A stretch of 64,000 nt of DNA from Bigelowiella natans CCMP2755 (lineage: Eukaryota; Protista; Cercozoa), in NCBI GenBank assembly GCA_000320545.1, contig ADNK01000136.1, forward strand, positions 186,001 through 250,000, in the 5' to 3' direction. Below the pieces are notes generated by a model. It saw nothing but the letters and a program-made list of their open reading frames with translations, was not told where the DNA came from and did not search any database. A program made the position numbers and the translations under genes. Below, piece by piece: positions 1 through 13,918 of the stretch; the stretch's first letter is position 1, and each line of letters opens with the position of its first letter.

Positions 1-1251
1 AAGTCTCCAATAGTAGTACTTTAATGCTACTACTACTACTACTACCAAGGGCTGTTTGATCGTCTACATCCATTATCCGCATCATACTCGTGACTTTTTG
101 GTATATCGTCGCCAAATCTCCTGCTTTTCCGATAACATTCCCTGCGTTTAAAAACTTCGCTGCGTTTGAGGGCTTCGGAGCACGTGAAAGCAGGAAATTC
201 TTGAGTGAGCTGTTTGTACGGCAAGAAGCAGTGTCACATAGCATCTCAGCCCCATATACCACTTTCTTGTTCATCTTCTTGTATTCACCCAACAAGGTTT
301 CTGGGCCTTTGAGAAATAGCACATCTAGAGAGTCAAGAACCAAAACTAATGTGTCGGGTGGAAGGGACAGCATGGCTTTTCTCATTGCATCTATCCTCCT
401 TCTCCAAAAAGAATTCTCATCCTCGTCTCGAAATGGGCCGTCAACATCCACCATTAAGAAATTCCGATAGCTGTAGTAGTAGTAGTAGCAGTAGTAGTAG
501 TAGTAGTATACAATGATGACGATGATGATGATGATGAAGAAGAAGAAGAGAAGGAGGAGGAAGGAGGGAGGTAAAAGTAGGAAGAGTTGGAAGGGGGGGA
601 GGGGTTAGCACCCTTGCTCGCGCATTGTATATTGGAAGTTGTTCAACAGTTTGCCTGATCGAGCAGCCAGCAGAAAGAAGGTTTTTTGAGACTTTAAGAA
701 TAAGAATGAATGACCACACAAGGCAGTAACACTAACAATGCACGCGACAACAACGGACTGATTGATGATTAGTTTGCACAAGAAAGCTTTTTATTGCGTT
801 GTTACACACTGATACTAGTCCTATTGTTTCATTGCAGTATCTTCTTATGTTTCATTAGGGTTAAGATTGTTTGGTATTACTTTGCGCGAGATTCGATGTG
901 GCAGACGTAACCACGTAGCTAAGGGGGTGATGATGATGATGATGATGATGATGATAACAGGGGGGTAGTGGGTAAGAAAAGGAGGAGGAGAGGAGGATGA
1001 AGGGAGGAGGAGGAGGGTCTATGTTTATGTTTGTGGTTATATCTGTGTGTGTGTGTGTGTGTATGTGTGTGTGTGTGTGTGTGTGTATGCGCGTAATGCG
1101 GTATAAATATTGATTGATTATATCTGTTATTAGATGGTATTTGTTCTTTACAGTTCTTCGTCAACTTGCATCATGCCCCTCCACCCTAACATTCCTTGTT
1201 GAGGATCCCAGCATAGACGGTGTCCGGGGGGTGTAACCTAATAATATATTG

Positions 1252-1286
<35 letters not shown>

Positions 1287-2226
1287 CGTAAACCATCATC
1301 CATCCATCCATCCATCCATCCATCCATACTAATGCAGCATTCAATAGCAGTTGTAGCAGTAGTAGTAGCAGCAGCAGAGCAACCAATAACTACAGACTAC
1401 TCTTACACATCATACACATCGTTTTCAAGTGTGGCATCTCCTCCTTCTACTTTTTCTTGCTGTTCTCTTACTAACCAACCGACCGTGTAGAACTCCTCCG
1501 GGATACCAGAAGACAATAAACTTTTAAATGAGCCACCACCACCATATGTAATCATACAGAGGCAGCAGAGGGCAAAGAGCAGTGACAACAGTCCCACCAA
1601 ATTGCCTCCTTGTCTTCGTCGTTTTCCTCCTACTATCATTGATATTCCCTACAAACAAACAAACAAACAGGCAAAGAAACAAGCCAAGAAAGAAAGAAAC
1701 AACACCTAAGATAGGATATGAAATTATCTAATACTTGAACCAATCACGCCATTCAATCGCCGCCACCACCACCACCACCATTACCTTGGAATAGGCACTA
1801 TTTATCAATTCGAGGGGTTTCTGGCAAATGGACGTCCTCGTTGGTCGTCCACCATCTTTGACCTGAAGGCAAGGTCAATAATGGATAAAAAAAAGAAATA
1901 TATAATCAAAGTAAATAATGAAATGACGACAGTTCTACCACTATCTGTCCATATTCTTTCTCTGAAACAGCAAGAAATAAAAAGTAAATCGTTTCTGTTG
2001 TCTTCTTTCTTTGTTATTAATGTGTAAAAATAGAGTAAGTCTTACAATCTTTGTTAGGTTCAGTAGTTTCAGCAGCTGTATGCAGCAGCAGCAGCAGCAG
2101 CAGTAAAAATTCCATTACATCATGGACCTTAAGAATGCGATTCACCCGGCGCGTTCTATCTCGCTGGGCTTTATACTTCCAAAAGGTTTGCCACCAGTAT
2201 TTGAATCGAACCACGTAAGCAGCCAT
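1..2226 (-). CDS. PLOD/lysyl-hydroxylase-type N-terminal glycosyltransferase (GT-A) domain protein, likely type II membrane; 3' end runs off the window
   Basis: Spliced exons at approx 2226-2128, 1862-1785, 1648-1483, 1237-1187, 651-611 and 470-46. The last exon reads ...PDTLVLVLDSLDVLFLKGPETLLGEYKKMNKKVVYGAEMLC...KFLNAGNVIGKAGDL...DVDDQTAL, matching the PLOD-GT pattern (DxxD, xxAE, xLNxG, DDQ). A hydrophobic segment (LVGLLSLLFALCCLCMITY) lies near the N-terminus. Confidence 0.75.
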
Positions 2227-3714
2227 TTAATAGTAGTGTATGTGTATGTGTGTTTGTGATGTCCCAACAAAGAAAGGGGGGCTGCTGGAAAGCAAAATTT
2301 CCCTGCGCAGATATTTCCCACTAACTCGTTATTTCGTTAATCTTTTTCCTCCCGAGACAGAATGTCAAAGATAATCGCTTTTGGTTCTCAGACTGTCTGT
2401 GACACCAGGCAAGAGAAATAGCACACATAAGATCATCAATTATGTATCCCCTATTCCGAGGATAACATTACATATCCAACAACATATGTGTGCTACTACT
2501 TTACTTATCCCCCCTCCTCCTGTTCTCTACGACCCAAACACACCCAAGCACACCCAAACACACCCCGCCAGAAGAACACAGCCAGGCTGCGAACGCCTTC
2601 CTTTTTATCGTCGCCGTCTTCGTCGTCTGCGTGAGTCGGTAATAATTCTAGGTAAACTACAACGTGGTTATTACTAAAACACAACTGCGAATAAAAGGCC
2701 TATCTCACTGCCAATATTATCACAAATATAGATCAATCTCAGTGAAAGACAGAAGAATTACAAGTAGTTTGTCTCATGTTCAAAGGTTGTTGTATTGTCG
2801 TAATTGCAAAGCAAAGGATATGCAGATGAAGAGACCTAGATTCTATTTTTGTAGTGTCTGTTGTCGCTCTTGATAAAAAGAAGGCATACTAAACTTTGAA
2901 TTTTTAGAAATGTCAAGAAATGTCACAAAGACGTAGTAAAAAACAGTGAGAAGTGATGTTCCCTATTTTAGGCCTCAAAGATTGTTGTAATTATTGTTGC
3001 GAATTGTTGTTGATCTGGGTTTAGTTTTGTTATTTCTGTATATTTAATGTGTATTAAACATGCAATAAATATGTGTCCAAAGAAGCATGGTCTACTCATA
3101 GCCTACTCATCGTATGATTTGGATGTTCTCAGTTGGTAATAATTTAACCCACAAAATGACTAAGGAATGGTGATTCTGGTGCACCACTAGATTTGGGCAG
3201 GGATGCTGACGACACTCCTTAGTCCATCAGCTGCTTTTTAAATTAGTTTTGCGGATTGGCTTCTTTTCCTGTGCTGCGACAACAAAAATCAGACAAACTT
3301 AACACATAAGGGAAAACACGAGAATAGAGAAATCACGCTCGCACCTCATCTACGGGACGCGAAGGGGAGGACGAAGAAGCGGGACTGGAGGCTGAATGAA
3401 CACCTCCTGATCATCATCCTCGTTTTGTTTGGAACAACAAAATACGAATCCAACCGTTGAACCAACAACAGCAACCTAGCAGCTGCCTGCCACAGTAGCA
3501 GCAGCAGCACCACCCACACACCACCGCCCACATACGGAGTGTGGTGGTGCATTACTTTTCGAGGAAGTAGTAGTAGCAGTAGCATTAGTCTCTGGTTGAA
3601 AGCAGCTGGTCCAAAGCAGAGCATCATTGAATTAAGGAGAGAAGCACAGAGCAGTGTGAAAGTCAGGACAGCAGGCAAGCAGTTCTATACCTTAGCTGGT
3701 GTCGAACAACAAAA

Positions 3715-4481
3715 ATGCGTAAGGCATTCCAATCCAAATGCTACGACGCAATCAATTCTCCAACTGGGATACTCATAATCCTTGGGGGGACTTTCGCATG
3801 CTTTGTTGGGGCAATCGCATGCATTCACGCACTAATTGAGAATTTTGGATCTATGAGCAGTGGTATTTCCTCTTCTTCTTCTTCTTCTTCTGGTACTTCA
3901 AGTCCATTTGTTAACGCTGCTACAGGAGGAGAAGGTGGTGCACCTCTTCTTCATCATCTACTTATGATGATGCCTTTGATCAAAGCACCAATTACTAATT
4001 CTAATTCAGATGGAACGACAATACCACAACCATGCCATCTTATTGAAGGCACATGTGCATCCCGTTTCAGGTGGTATTATTATTATCATTATTATCGACA
4101 GTAGTGCTTTTCTATTTAAATATTCATTTATTGAGCTGTTCTTATCATCCTATATTTCATCATCACTCATCAAATGTCTATGATATTCAGTGATAATATC
4201 GTGGGGAAGAACTTTGAGGAGGAGCTGTGTGCCCCTGCAATAGATGTAGTTTATACGTGGGTCAACGGCTCTGATCCACGATTACAAGCTGAGCTAGAAG
4301 ACTATAAACGTCGATTAGGAATAACTCCGCTGAAAGATATGGAAGCTAATGCGACAGCAGACGACTCGAAAGGGAATTCTAACAGATATAGAGGTTGGTT
4401 ATAGTAGTTAGTCGTGCATGGTCATGATCAAGATGATGATGACGAAATTTCTGAAAAATACGACCGATCGCATTGTCAAGA

Positions 4482-4519
<38 letters not shown>

Positions 4520-5984
4520 TTTTGAGTATAAATTGGCATTTAATTTCTTCGATATGTTTTCTTGTTGTTCTTCTTCTTCTTCTTCTTCTCAGATAATCAA
4601 GAGTTACGATACTCACTGCGATCACTTTGGCGTTATGCACCCTGGATACGTCGAATCTACATTGTTACTAATTATCAAGTAAAAATACTACTCATCTTTC
4701 AATGAATCAATCATCGTCCACAATGTACCCACTACTACCTTGAGTCATCATATTATCACATTAAAGACATTTTTATCACTGCCATTGTTATTATTATTAT
4801 TGTTGTTGTTGTTGTTGAAAGGTTCCTCACTGGTTGAATATAGACCACCCAAAGATAGAGGTAGTAGTAGCAGTAGTAGTAGTAGTAGTAGTAAGGTTAG
4901 CACAACACCTATCAATATATTAGTATGACATTGTAGATGACGATGCTCAAACAAACAAACATTGCATTGGAAGGAGGAGGAGGAGGAGGAGGAGGACAAA
5001 ACCTATTCTCGTTAAAAGACGACGAGAACTTCTTGCTGAAATTTAAATAAGAGATATACGTCGCCCAAACGGGACACGAGCGTTTCGATACATCATATTG
5101 ATGATAGCTGCTTGTTGATAATGGAAATGCTGCTGCTGCTGCTAAGTGTTATCATGATGATGATTGACACGTTAATGGATGATAATTTATCATGAATTCT
5201 ATTCAGGTGGTACCCCACACAGCCATATTTCTAAACAAGTCGCATTTGCCCGTCTTCAGGTACTCAACTACAACTACAACTACTACTACTACTACTACTA
5301 CTACTACATCATTATCATCATCATCATCATCATCATCATCACCATGGCGGTTGCTGCTGGTGGTGGTGGGTGGTATTATTTTAGTTCTCCTGCAATAGAA
5401 AGTCACCTTCACCGTATTCCGGGGCTTGCAAATAAGTTTATTTACTTCAACGACGATGTCATGCTCGGAAATACGGTACTAGTACTAGTACTACTACTAC
5501 TACTACTACTACGTGACTCACTAAAGCACAACGTCATTACGCATCATCATCATCATCATCATCATTATCATCATCACAAACAATAGTATTTTATCGAGGT
5601 AGCAGCAGTTACTTGCAGAAGTTGAAAACAACTCCTCATCGTCACTACTGACTACAGTTGTCGTTGTTTTTACACATATCCACATTCCTAAGAGTGGACT
5701 TGTGGTGGTGATGCTGATAACTATGGTGATAATGTGCTTATTACAATTGTTGTTGTTGTTGTTGTTTTACATAGATTTGGCCGTCAGATTTCTACACAAA
5801 TATTAAGGGCCAAAAGGTGTATCTTTCCTGGGATATACCTCAATGTGCTCCTGGTTGTCCTGAGGTACCACTGCACCACTGCTACTACCACTACTGCCAC
5901 TACTACTACTACCACTACAGCTAATAATAATAATAATAGTCACACTGGGAAGAAGAAAGGAAGAAAGGAGGGGAAACAATATCA

Positions 5985-6017
<33 letters not shown>

Positions 6018-7980
6018 CCATAATGAAACTTGTAAGTAACTACACTTTTAATGCTGTGTGTACGAATGTCGACTCGTCATCGTCTTGATCTTGTTCTTGG
6101 TCTCTATTATTATTAGGCATGGTTAGCAGACAAGTATTGTGATTCTGCTTGTAATACCACCATGTGTAATTGGGATGAGGGAGACTGCAGGTGATTGATT
6201 GGTTGATAGATTGATAAGATTATGATAATGATGATGATAATGATGCTCTTGAGATGAGATGAGATGAGATGAGATGATCTGCTCGTAAATGAAAGGGTAG
6301 AGTCGTCGTGATGATAATCATCATCATCATCATCATAATCTTATCAATCCACCACTCCATTAATCGATTATCTGATCAATAGGTAAAGTACTACTGCTAC
6401 TACCTGCTGCTCCTCCTCCTCTTTGTTCTTGATGATGATGATGATGATGATGGTGATGAGTGACTGACTGACTGACTGACTGACTGACTGACTATTAGGC
6501 TCGTAAACGGTTCTAGATATACGTCATGGCAATTTTCACAGCAAGCAAATCCCTCAGCTTTTGTGCATACCAACACGCCAAGACCGCCAACTACACAACA
6601 GGTACAAGCTGTAGTCATACTATCATCATCATCATCATTCTATTACTAATGCTGATGATAGCAATAGCATATGTTTCCACTCCAAATAGTACTTCTACTA
6701 CTATTATCTCCATTGTGGTGGTTGATTAGAATATACATATTTATAAAATCAACGCTCTCTTCTTCTTTGTGGTCTTCTTCTTCTTCTTTTTCTTCTTCTT
6801 CTTCTTTCTCTTCTTATTTTTCTTTTTCTTACTCATCAAATTTCTAATGATCATGATCAGTCAAATAGTGGTAGCGGTAATCAAGAGACGGGAAGCACGA
6901 AATGCCATCGATTCTGTCCAGATTCTTGGATTGGAGATAAAGTCTGCGACAACTCGTGCAATCGAGTAGAGTGTGCATTTGATGCAGGAGATTGTGGGAT
7001 ATCAGACATACAGCAGCATGTGCTAGGGCTAACTTTACAGAACGATAAGGGTACTAGTAACTTACTACAACTGAATCATGATGACGACCATGATGATCAT
7101 GATGACGACGACGATACCTTTGTTCGTCTTTATTATATCTTTTTTACTGTTATCATATTCATTATATCAACTGGTGGTGTTATTGTTCATATCATTCTAT
7201 TTTTCTGTCCTTCCCGTCGGTCTGTCTGTCCTCCTTTTTTTTTATCTTCTTCCTCTTCTTCTACTTAATCTTATTCTTTTCAGCTTTAACGGAAATACCC
7301 AAATCTGCCAAAGCTTTCTACGTGAATCTAACGAATATGTTTGACACTGTAATAATAATAGCAAGAATGACTTGAGAGTCATCATCACCATCAACAACAG
7401 TCTTGATCTTTATTTCTTACATACGCAGGTACTCGACGCCTCGCATGACAACCAAGAATTTGTGAGAACAGCAATTATCACACAGGTTAGATTATATATT
7501 GATACACATTTTAAGGTGTGTGTATTTGTGTGTGTGTGTGTAAACTGGCATCATTTTTTCCTTATGGCTTATCATCGGTGTGATGAATAGTTATTAAGCA
7601 TCTTTGACACCCACGTTTGTGTTGTCTTCTTCTTCCTCCTCCTCCTCCTCCTCCTCTTTCTCGTTGATTGGTTAGGAGCTGCATATTCTCGTGTTCTTGT
7701 TGCACGATAAACCTGAAGATGCTGATTGGGAGGAAACAATAGAAGTTTACTTGGAGGGTACTATAACTACTACTACTACTACTACTACTACTACCACTAC
7801 TAATCACTACTATCAGCAGCAGCAGCAGTACACAAAATAATAATAATAATGATAATAATAATAAAAATAACAATAAAGTGCACTAAAGGGTATCTATTGC
7901 AGCAGCAGCAGTAGCAGCAGTATATTTATGGTGATAGCACCAGTAGTTACATAGTACGTTGCTCCCATCATTCATTATCA

Positions 7981-8024
<44 letters not shown>

Positions 8025-8099
8025 CTCCCTATTTATTAGGTGAATTTGAGGAAATCTTGCGAAATGTGACTTTTCTGATTGCTCGTACAGAGGCGTCTG

Positions 8100-8135
<36 letters not shown>

Positions 8136-8880
8136 CTCCTGAGTGCTGATACTTACTTTTTGTGCCTTATATTTCTCCTATCATCATCATCATCATAATC
8201 CTTGTACATATCAATCAATCAAAATAAAAATAAAATGAGAAAGACAAATATATCGATCTGTTGTTTGTTGTTCCCCATTATTATTGTTTTTTTTTTTATT
8301 GCTATTATTATTATTTACTGATGTTACATGCTGTTATAACGTTCACCCTCAGAAGACACACTGGGCGACTACTCCCCATCATCAGAAGGTAATTATAATC
8401 ATAATAATAATAGTAATAATCACGACGGTGGTGAGATTATGATGACGACGACAATGATGAAAAGAAGAGTAAGATACCGATGATGATCATCTCATGTATT
8501 ATTGTTGTGCTTTTATATCAACTATCATCATTCTCCGCCCATCATCTGGTTGTGACTACTACTACTACTACTACTACTACTATATCAGGAATCGAGAGTA
8601 GCAGCAATATGAGCAGGAATGAGCTCGACGATGATGCGAGTATTGGTGGTAGTCGTACGTTACTATGGCTGCCTGTTGATAAAGGGGGGGAGGAAGGCGT
8701 GGTATTCATGCCAAGTGCAGATTTATTTAAAAATGTAGAAGCTGTAGCATCCGTCCCTGATGGAAAAGGCGGTGAGTGTAGCAACAACAACAACAACAAC
8801 AACAACAAGAATAAGCAATGATAATGATGGGTGTTGTAGTAGCAGCTTCTAAGCAAAAGAAGTAGAACAACTGCTAGTAC

Positions 8881-8915
<35 letters not shown>

Positions 8916-9402
8916 TCACAAATAATCACCATATTTATTACTTCGGTCGTACCTTGTGCATTCCACCCCCTCCCCCCTCTTGTTGCATCAACAAGATTCT
9001 GCACTACCACCACCATCACATCGTGCTGCTAGCTTAAAACTTGCTACTCTCCAATAATGATTAATACAAATAATAATAATATTATTATTATTATATTATT
9101 ATGATATATGGTTGTTTGATCTTGTCTTGTTTCTAGGTACGATTCCCCGATCACGTTGGACTGATGCAGACAGGGTACTAGTAGTAGTACTAGTAGTAGT
9201 AGCTGTCGTTGTTGTTGTCGTTGTTTACCCGTAGTAGTGGCATTATAATTTTTCTTATTATTAAATTAAACGACGTACAGAAACTAGCAGAAATGATTGG
9301 AAATGGCAAAAGAAAGGTGGAAAATGGTGTGCTGCTGCTGGTGCTGCTGCTGTGATGATAATGCTGCTATTGTATCAAGGAAGAAGATTCTTGCTCCACC
9401 GT

Positions 9403-9477
<75 letters not shown>

Positions 9478-11529
9478 AACCTCCTCCTCCTCCTCCTCCT
9501 CCTCCTCCTCCTCCTTATGTTTATAACTGACATTGATGTGTCGTCGTCGTCTATTGGTAGAGTTTGGCTTTAGAACTACTTGAAGAGGCTCGACTACTGG
9601 AAGCTAGGGTATACTACTGCTACTACTACTACTACTACGTACTGACCACTAACTGACTACTACTACTACTAATCAGGAGATGGAAATGAGTGCTGAGACG
9701 GGGTTAAGAAGGTCGTCGATAGCACTACCTAAGGATATGCAAAGGAGGGTCTTACAGCGTGTGCATACTTGGTTGGAGGAGGAAATGGTTACTCGCCACG
9801 CTACAACATCAACGGGGAGAAGATTGCTAGAGGTACTACTACTACTAGTAGTAGTAGTTGAATACTCATTCTACCAAGTTGTTATGCAACCTGAGTAAGA
9901 ATTAATTTCTTCTTCTTCTTCATTTTCATTTTCATACTGAGTTTATCATCAACCAAACGAGTAATCGTTTTTATCATCATCATCATCGTCGTCGTCGTCG
10001 TCGTCATCATCGTCGCTACTACCTATTTATTGAAAGAAAATTTATCATCCTCATCATCATCCTACCACTATATTTAAACGTCGTCGTCGTTATCGTCGTT
10101 ATCGTTTATGATAATGTTAATGAATTGAATAAGGACACCTTTGGGAACTCTCTTCGGTACGTAAATTCTCTGTACCGAGCAAGGTATAATTGTAGTAGTT
10201 TATACTACTTATAACATGGTAGTGGTAAGAAGGTGCTCGTTATTAAATATTATAGATATGGATCGGAACAAAGAAAAGCTCCTGCTCATATGCCTCATAT
10301 GATCGACAAGAGGGTACTTACTACTACTTACTACTACTTACTACTATTACATCTACTACCTATCACTGAAGAGAGAGAGAGAGATAAAAGACAACAAGGA
10401 CTAACAATATATCTAATTCCCATCATCTTTTCTCATTTCTCCTCCTTCTCTGCCATTATTATCGTGTTATCACCAATATGTATCCTAACAGTGGAGGGGT
10501 ATTTTTTTGTTCTTTCTTTCTTGATAGTAGTACACAGAACGAATATGAATACACTTAGTACCAGTTATAGTAGTCTGATCACGTACATTACATCACATCA
10601 GATCATGGAGGAACTGCAAACTACTTTCCCACAACAATTTGATGCAACGTCGTCTCATAGGTATGATGATGATGATCCATTGATGATGATGATCCATTGA
10701 TGATGATGGACTTTGTTGTTGTTGTTGTTGTTGTTGTTGTGGTGGTGGTGGTGTGATGATGATCAAGGTTTCGAGACAGTGAGGACATGCAATTTTCCTT
10801 CGCATATTTCTACTACCTCATGAACGAGAAGCCGGTTGGTTGGTTGAATATTTTGTGCTGTAGTAGTATTAGTAGTAGCAGCAGCAGTAGTAGTAGTAGT
10901 TGTAGTAGCAGTCAATGAGTACTGTAACAAGTCCTGGGTGATAATCATGATGGTGGTTATAGGGTGCTGCTCGTGGTGATGATAATATACTTTATCTCTT
11001 TATTATGATGGTTCATCTCTTAGCTGTGTTGTTTTCTTATTCTTCATCACCACCAATTGCTATTGACAAATGCTGTTGCTTCTGCTGCAGATTTTTAAGC
11101 TGGAAATGGTATTTGATAAGTATATCGACTTGAATAAGGTTAGTAGTAGTAGTAATATATATATATATATATATAAATATATATATATATGAGAATGAGG
11201 GGTTAGAGGGAAACAATCCTAGATCGACATACCATGCGGTCCTTATCTTGTGTTATTATCTTATGTTGTATATAATAACAATGCTCCCTCTATTAGGATG
11301 GGCGTGTTGATTTTCTGGAGCTGAGGCATCTTTCCCTACTTTTGATGCCTGGTAGTAATAATAAGAAGAACAACAACAAGAACAAGAGGACTTACATGCA
11401 AGAGATAATCATCATATATCTCTTACATGAATAGTGAGATCTAGTATTAAATTGAGGCTAAACATGGTGCTGCTGCTACTGCAATGAAACTTATAACTTC
11501 TTCCTCCCCCCCCCCTCCTCCTCGTTATG

Positions 11530-11562
<33 letters not shown>

Positions 11563-11655
11563 GGTCTTCTTCTTCTTCACCATCATCATCATCAACAACA
11601 ACAACAACCAACAGGAAAGCCAACAATTCATGGTTTGAAGGCCAAAATGACACAG

Positions 11656-11688
<33 letters not shown>

Positions 11689-11874
11689 CCAGTAGTAATA
11701 GTAGTACCAGTAGTATGTAAGTAGTAGCAGTATGATGATGATGACGATGATGATGATAATGATGATGATGATAATGATGATGATGATAATGATGATGATG
11801 ACGATGATGATGATGACGATGATGATGATGATGATGACATACACCTGCTGCTGCTGCTGCTCTACTCTGATATA

Positions 11875-11907
<33 letters not shown>

Positions 11908-12000
11908 CTGCTCCTACTACTAATACTACCACTTCCACTACTGCTGCTGCTACTACTGCTGCTGCTACTTTTAAGGTGTTGGACAATCTCGGTATACAGC

Positions 12001-12031
<31 letters not shown>

Positions 12032-12205
12032 GTCACAAGATGATGATAATACTGCCCGAGCTGGGTCCCAATCGTCGTCGTCATCATCATCATCATCATC
12101 ATCATCATCCGATGAGTCTTCATCATCGACAACAGGAACATCCGTAGTAGCAGCACCAGCAGGTTACTACTACTACTATTACTACTACTACTACTACTAT
12201 TTCTG

Positions 12206-12246
<41 letters not shown>

Positions 12247-12884
12247 TATATACGCAAGAAGCCAATTAGTATCGTCGTCGTCGTTATGTTTTAGCCATTT
12301 TCATTATCATCATCATCATCATCATTCAAACATGGAAAATCAATCACATCACCTTACCGCAGCATCATCATCATCATCATCGTCATTTCTGTTATTATCT
12401 TTATAGATGATGACAACGAAGATGACGAAAATAGCGACGCTAACGAGTCTTCGCAACAAGAATTACAAAGGCGAGTGGATGAGAATGAGATCACGATTCA
12501 AACGTTTCAGAACTCAGAGACGGTCATTAATGCTACTAAGTTAACAGTATTGTCGTGTGTGTGTGCGTGTGTATGAGAGAGAGAGAGAGAGAGAGAGGGG
12601 GGGAGAGAGAGAGAGTGAGATGATCGTAGTAGTCGTCGTCGCCGTAGCTATCTTGTGAGAGAAGTGAGTAATAAGGTTTGCAGCTGCTGCTATGGTTGGT
12701 ATTGATGATAATGTGTTGATACTAATGATAATAATAATAGCCGATAATACAATACCTACATCAAATATGCAGGTTCTGGAGGAGTTAAGGAAATTTATGA
12801 GAAAACAGACAAAGTAATAACAAAATTGATGAAAATAGACACTCACACACAGAGACAGAAAGACTGATGGTGATGATGATGATA

Positions 12885-12917
<33 letters not shown>

Positions 12918-13918
12918 ATGACCATAATGCGAAGTAATCGATAATAACAATCAATAAATCAATGAATCATCATCATCGTGATCATCATCATCATCATCAT
13001 AAGGTATAAGCATGAGTTGGTCAACCTCAATGAGGTAGAGTTTTTCATGGTGCCAGACGACTATCAGCAGGTACTACTACTACTACTACCGAATATCATG
13101 TTGTTAGCTGTTGAATATGATGCTTTGTATATATATTGTGTGTTATATGTACGTCGTTTGTTATTACAGTATGCATATATATTATTATTATTATTAGGTA
13201 CAGGAGCGATTAGATCACATAATGGTTAAGGCACCCAAGTTCATTTGTTTGAACGATGATATGAATAAGGTAGTAGTAGTACTAGTAGTAGTAGTGGTGA
13301 TGGTGATACTGCTGCTATTGAGTCACTATCATCACCATCACCATTATCATTATCATCATTATATGATCATCGATGTGATAACTATGTATGTTCAGACCCA
13401 TGATCCTCCCAAGCGTACGCTTAAAGCTCTTAGAGACTTCTATGAAACGTAGCTGCTTATCATCATCATTATCATCATCATCATCATTATCACCATCATC
13501 ATCAAAATATGCAACGAACAAATAAACAAACTATGACAATGATACTTGAAGAAATGTTTACTTTTTGAGTAGTATTACAACATAGTAGTAGTAGTGGTAG
13601 TAGTTGTAGTGCTTCAAGACTCATTCAATAAACGTGAATACTTACATCTTATGATGATGATGATGATGATGATGATGATAAATATGTGGTAGTTATTTCC
13701 CCGAGCCTACACCATTCGAGCTGCCCAAGGGCGAGGCAAACCCCTTCTTGCATTATGAAGATCTTATGGCGTAAGTGCTGTTGTTGCTTGCTAGCTACTG
13801 CTGTTATTTTCAACTAGAGTAGTAGGAGAAGAAGAATAACGACAACATTTATGCATAAATTGTCAGGTTCAAGCAAAAAGAACATAGAGAAGCGGCTTTA
13901 GGTTCTGGCTATGAATAG
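3715..13918 (+). CDS. GNPTAB: N-acetylglucosamine-1-phosphotransferase alpha/beta precursor-like (Stealth family, 2 LNR repeats, EF-hand); about 35 exons
   Basis: Hand-spliced motifs: N-terminal [14 protein letters not shown] (CR1), [26 protein letters not shown] and [25 protein letters not shown] (CR2). Two LNR repeats: [20 protein letters not shown] and [16 protein letters not shown]. Then [45 protein letters not shown] (CR3), EF-hand [12 protein letters not shown], and PKFICLNDD...[10 protein letters not shown] (CR4). Stop TAG at 13916-13918. Confidence 0.93.

Noticed and set aside
90-470. 126-aa plus-strand ORF
   Set aside because: It is the antisense shadow of the minus-strand glycosyltransferase exon.
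4400-13600. Many short ORFs with poly-L, S, Y, M, T or HT runs (also across 15500-19500 and 53400-60000)
   Set aside because: They are translations of intronic microsatellites, not genes.
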